A stretch of 64,000 bases of DNA from Hypanus sabinus. Taxonomy: Eukaryota. The notes below the pieces were generated by a model. The model had not been told where the DNA came from and did not search any database. It was given only the letters and a program-made list of their open reading frames with translations. Both the position numbers and the translations under genes were made by a program. This document shows positions 60,143 through 64,000 of this stretch, piece by piece; position 1 is the first letter of the stretch; each line of letters starts with the position of its first letter. Location of the stretch: positions 121,334,001 to 121,398,000 of the forward strand of contig NC_082712.1 in assembly GCF_030144855.1 (NCBI RefSeq). Reading direction: 5' to 3'.

Positions 60143-60256
60143 CTAGATTCGTCGAGCAAAAATGGTAGACCTTCCCAAGGTGAAGTTCACGGGTACCCAA
60201 GAGGATCCAGACAGACTTTGAACTTGACGCAAGAATGCTTGCTATGGAAGCCAGAG
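60143..60256 (+). CDS. Candidate internal exon (114 nt) of an unidentified gene; coding (LDSSSKNGRPSQGEVHGYPRGSRQTLNLTQECLLWKPE) or 5'UTR/start exon (MLAMEAR)
   Basis: Acceptor cttgttttatttgacag, donor GAG|gtgaga, length divisible by 3 with one open frame, four CpGs, non-repetitive context. Confidence 0.4.
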
Positions 60257-61026
60257 GTGAGAATCAGAAGCAGAATATGTGACCTTACCATGCATAAAAC
60301 TAATCACCAGTCTTTTGTAGTTGCACTTAATACTTAATTCCAGTTAGGCACCCCACCCCATCTTCTGATGCTTACTCTCTCCTCTGATGTTTATAGAAGA
60401 GCCTTGAAAACGTTCAGAGTTGACCATGAGCCAATAATGATGGAAGGTGTTGTAGAACTCTATTACACAAGGAAGTGCATGAGTCACACTGCCACTGTTT
60501 CAGCTTTTTTTGGGAACTGGTGCATGAAGTGTAAAAAAACAGAATCAATAATTTTGGTTTGAGTCAAATCTTCCCCAAGCCTATACATGTTTTATCTAAC
60601 TACAGACAAAATCAAGCTTTATAAAAGATCTCCTTTTAGAATCAAATTACATTTTGTTTTAAAGTAACTTTTCTTGTTTTCCCCTTCATGCTCTTTGGTT
60701 ATTTTCATTCTATGTCAGTATAATTACTCTCTGTAGCAGCTGCTGTTCCTTTTCTGGATGATCTGCAAAGGCATACATGTTCTGTGCATGACCAATGTAA
60801 ATGCCATCTTCGATACTGGCTGTGAGGGGCAGGTTTCCCAGTCGGAAATGAGGACAGAATTAGATCCCCCCAACATATGTCCATTTATGTTTACTTTTCT
60901 GTAAACTCAAAGTTGCCTAACTCTTCCAAGTTTCTGAACCTGTGCTGACATCTGTTTATGCCTTATTGATTGAATCCTGTCCTTTTTTTGTTTTCTGCAC
61001 TCTACAGTGTGGGTCTCGGCTTAGAT

Positions 61027-61370
61027 CAGGGTTTCTCAATGGGGTTCTGCGGAACACTAGGATTCCACGAGAGGTCACTAGGGATTTTGTGAGACATCAT
61101 GATTTAAAAAAAACATGTTTTTTGAACTTAGTGCGACACTAGTGTTTACAGTGATGGGCAGTGACCGAGCAGCATCGTTGGCAATCTTGTTAAGAGGTCT
61201 CCAAGCACAGTATAGCAGTGCGCAGTAGGATCTTGTATGGTTGAATGACAATGAACTTGAACTTGAACTGGTCAACAAAACTATGTTAACTTCCAGACAG
61301 CAGAATCCTTCCAAACCAGTTGCCCAGGCCATTTGAAAATGTATACTGTGCAATTCTATATATAAAATCA
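61027..61370 (+). mobile_element. hAT-Charlie-like element, left end only
   Basis: CAGGGTTTCTCAATGGGGTTCTGCGGAACACTAGGATTCCACGAG; the other end was not found. Confidence 0.5.
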
Positions 61371-61374
61371 TTGG

Positions 61375-63560
61375 ATGCAAGTATTGATAACAAGGCTACC
61401 AGAAGTTCAAGAATGTCAGGTGGCAGAAGTGAGTCTAGTTGATATTACTAAGGGGAAGGTGCTTGGGAAGCTGGAACGTCTAAAGGTAGTTAAGTCACAT
61501 GTACCAGATGAACTACACCCCAGGGTTCTGAAAGAGGTAGCTGAAGAGATTGTGAAGGCATTAGTTGTGATCTTTCAAGCATCACTAGATCCTAGAATGG
61601 TTCAAAAGCACTCAAAAATTGCAATAGTCACTCCACTCTTTAAGAAGGAAGGGAGGCAGAAGAAAGGAAATTATAGTCCAGTTAGCCTGACAAGATGTTG
61701 GAGTCCACTATTAAGGGTGAGGTTTTAGGGTACTTGAAGACACATGATAAAATAGGTCAAGGTCAACTTGGTTTCCTTAAGGGAAAATCTTGTCTGACAA
61801 ATCTGTTGGAATTCTTTGAGGAAATAACAAGCATAATAGGCAAACAAGGGTCAATAGAAAATGATCAACTGGCTGGTGTGTTTACGGACATCTTTAATCT
61901 CTTAATTCAGCAGTCTGAAGTACCCACCTGATTCAGTAGGCATTATACTGGTACCTGTGAAGAACATGGTAACCTGTCAATGTACAGAAGCACTTACATC
62001 CACTATGATGAAGTGCTTTGAGAGGATGGTGTGGAAGCACATCAACTCCTGCCTGACAAGCAACCTGGATCTGCTCCAATTTGCCACTGGCACAACAAAT
62101 GCCATTTCACTGGCTCTTCACTCAACTCTAGAACATCTGGACAGCAAAGATGCACATATCAGGATGCTCTTTATCAACTACAGCTTGGCATTTAATACTA
62201 TCATCCCCACAAAACTACTCAATAAGCTTCAACACTTCCTTGCACAATTGGATCCTCGAGTTCTTCACTTGGTGACACCAGTCAGTTCAGATTGTTGACA
62301 ACATCTCCTTCACAATCTCCAACAGCACAAGTGTGCCACAAAGTTGAGTGCTTAGCCCCCTCTTTTGCCTGCTTTATATTTATGACTGTGTGGCTAAGCA
62401 GAACTCCAGTGCCATATTTGCTGAAGACACAACTGTTGTTGCCCAAATCAAAGGTGGTGATGAATCAGCATATAAGAGGAAGATTGAAAACCTGTCACAA
62501 CAACCTGCCACTCAATTTCAGCAAGACCAAAGAGCTGATTACTGACTTCAGGAGGAGAAAATCAGAGGCCCATGAGCCAGTCTTCATTGGGGGGATATCA
62601 GAGGTCGAGAGGGTCAACAACTTTAAATTCCTCGGTGTTATCATTTCAGAGGATCTATCCTGGGCCCAGCACATAAGTGCAATTATGAAGAAAACACAGC
62701 GTCACCTCTACTTAGAATTTTGCAAAGATTTTATATGACATCTAAAACTTCGACAAACTTGGAAAGATTTGTGGTGCAGAGTATATTAACTGATTGCATC
62801 TGGGTTGGTATGGAAACAGCAACGTCCTTGAATAGAAAATCCTGCAAAAGGTATTGGATATGGCCCGGTCCATCACAGGTAAAGCCCTCTCCACCACTGA
62901 GGACATCCACATGGAGCACTCCCAGAGGAAAGCCATAAAGTCTTCAAGGCCTTCAGGGATCTCAGGACGCACATTACTGTGTTCAGCAACAGTTGTTACT
63001 CCTCAACCCATCAGGCTTTTGAACCTGTGTGGATAACTTCACTCAATTTCACGCTCTCCATCTCTGAACTGTTCCTCCAACCTATGGACTTAATTTCATG
63101 GACTCTTCATTTTGTGTTCTCAATTTTATTGCTTAATTGTTGTTATTATTTCTATTTTGCTTTTGTATTTGCACGGTTTGTTTTCTTTTGCACATTGGTT
63201 ATTTGTCCTGTTGTGTGCGGTCTTTCATTGATTATATTATGTTTCTTAGATTTTCTGCATATGCCCACAAGAAAATTAATCTCAGGGTTGTGTATGGTGA
63301 CATATATGTACTTTGTTAATACATTTACTTTGAACTTTGTATTCTTGGAGTTCTAGAAGGCCTTTGACAAGCTGCCACACAGGAGGCTGCTAAATAAGAG
63401 CCCATGGTATTACAAGAAAGATGTAAAGAAGATTAGTTGACTGGTAGGACACAAAGACTGGGAATAAAAATGGGAGAGCCTTTTCTGGTGGACTTCTGAT
63501 GACTAGTGGTGTGCTGCAGGGTTCTGTGTTGGGACCGCTTCTTTTCATGTTATATGTCAT
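61375..63560 (+). mobile_element. CR1 RT fragment split by a Rex1/Babar insertion
   Basis: PDELHPRVLKEVAEEI, VTPLFKK, GNYSPVSLT and GKSCLTNLLEFFEE; resumes ~63340 with aaggcctttgacaag (KAFDK) and cagggttctgtgttgggacc. Confidence 0.88.
61850..63338 (+). mobile_element. Rex1/Babar LINE RT through 3' tail
   Basis: DQLAGVFTDIFNL, ALTSTMMKCFER, LDLLQFA, RMLFINYSLAFNTIIP, SKTKELITDFRR and FKFLGVIISEDLSW; (TTTGAAC) tail. Confidence 0.92.
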
Positions 63561-64000
63561 GTGGGTCTTATCAGCATGAACGATGAGTCAGCTTACAGAG
63601 AGGAGGTGCAGCAACTAATGGACTGGTGCAGAGACAACAACCTGTCTCTGAATGCGAACAAAACAAAAGAGATGGTTGTTGACTTCAGGAGGACATGGAG
63701 CCACCACTCCCCGCTGAAGATCGACAGTTCCTCAGTAGAGATAGTTAAGAGCACCAAATTTCTTGGTGTTCACCTGGTGGAGAATCTCACCTGGTCCCTC
63801 AAACCAGCTCCATAGCAAAGAAAGCCCAGCAGCGTCTTTACTTTCTGCGAAGTCTGAGGAAAGTCCATCTCCCACCCCCCCATTCCTCATCACATTCTAC
63901 AGGGGTTGTATTGAGATCATCCTGAGCAGCTGCATTACTGCCTCGTTCGGAAATTGCACCATCTCGGATCACAAGACCCTGCAGCAGATAGTGAGGTCAG
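63560..64000 (+). mobile_element. Rex1/Babar LINE RT C-terminal part (runs off the window)
   Basis: NDESAYREEVQQLMDWCRDNNLSLNANKTKEMVVDFRR, KFLGVHL..NLTWS. Confidence 0.92.

Noticed and set aside
60143-60190. Resemblance of LDSSSKNGRPSQGE to the FOXP2 N-terminal LDAGSRDGRSSGD
   Set aside because: The following residues and the exon boundary do not match FOXP genes; treated as chance.
60737-60832. Possible 96-nt open exon after ctctctgtag
   Set aside because: Weak donor (gtttcc) and an unrecognisable peptide; not supportable without RNA data.

Overview
This is vertebrate non-coding DNA, almost certainly from a cartilaginous fish and probably a ray. That assignment is inferred from the repeat content: CR1, Rex1/Babar, Penelope-like elements, HE1/V-SINEs and a Deu-SINE. 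Roughly half or more of the window is decayed, often nested, transposable elements, and nearly all supplied ORFs are TE fragments or chance ORFs. No host protein-coding gene could be identified. There are a few candidate + strand exons, the best at 60143-60256, so the window may lie in long introns or the 5' part of a large gene. There is one assembly gap (3620-3795). The most interesting signals are mobile RNA systems. (1) A tRNA-headed SINE family occurs in four copies that share a head and an RTE-5'UTR-like core but carry different 3' tails; three have clear TSDs and one sits inside a Tigger-like MITE. (2) Penelope-like elements and at least six short TSD-flanked inverted or palindromic derivatives carry minimal hammerhead ribozyme cores. 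These include two intact cores, a twin-priming-like inversion and one copy that captured neighbouring genomic DNA. (3) Four solo LTRs all appear to lie on the minus strand; three have 4-bp TSDs and one is cut by the gap. Repeat family names come from recognised motifs, not database searches. Boundaries of old repeats are approximate.
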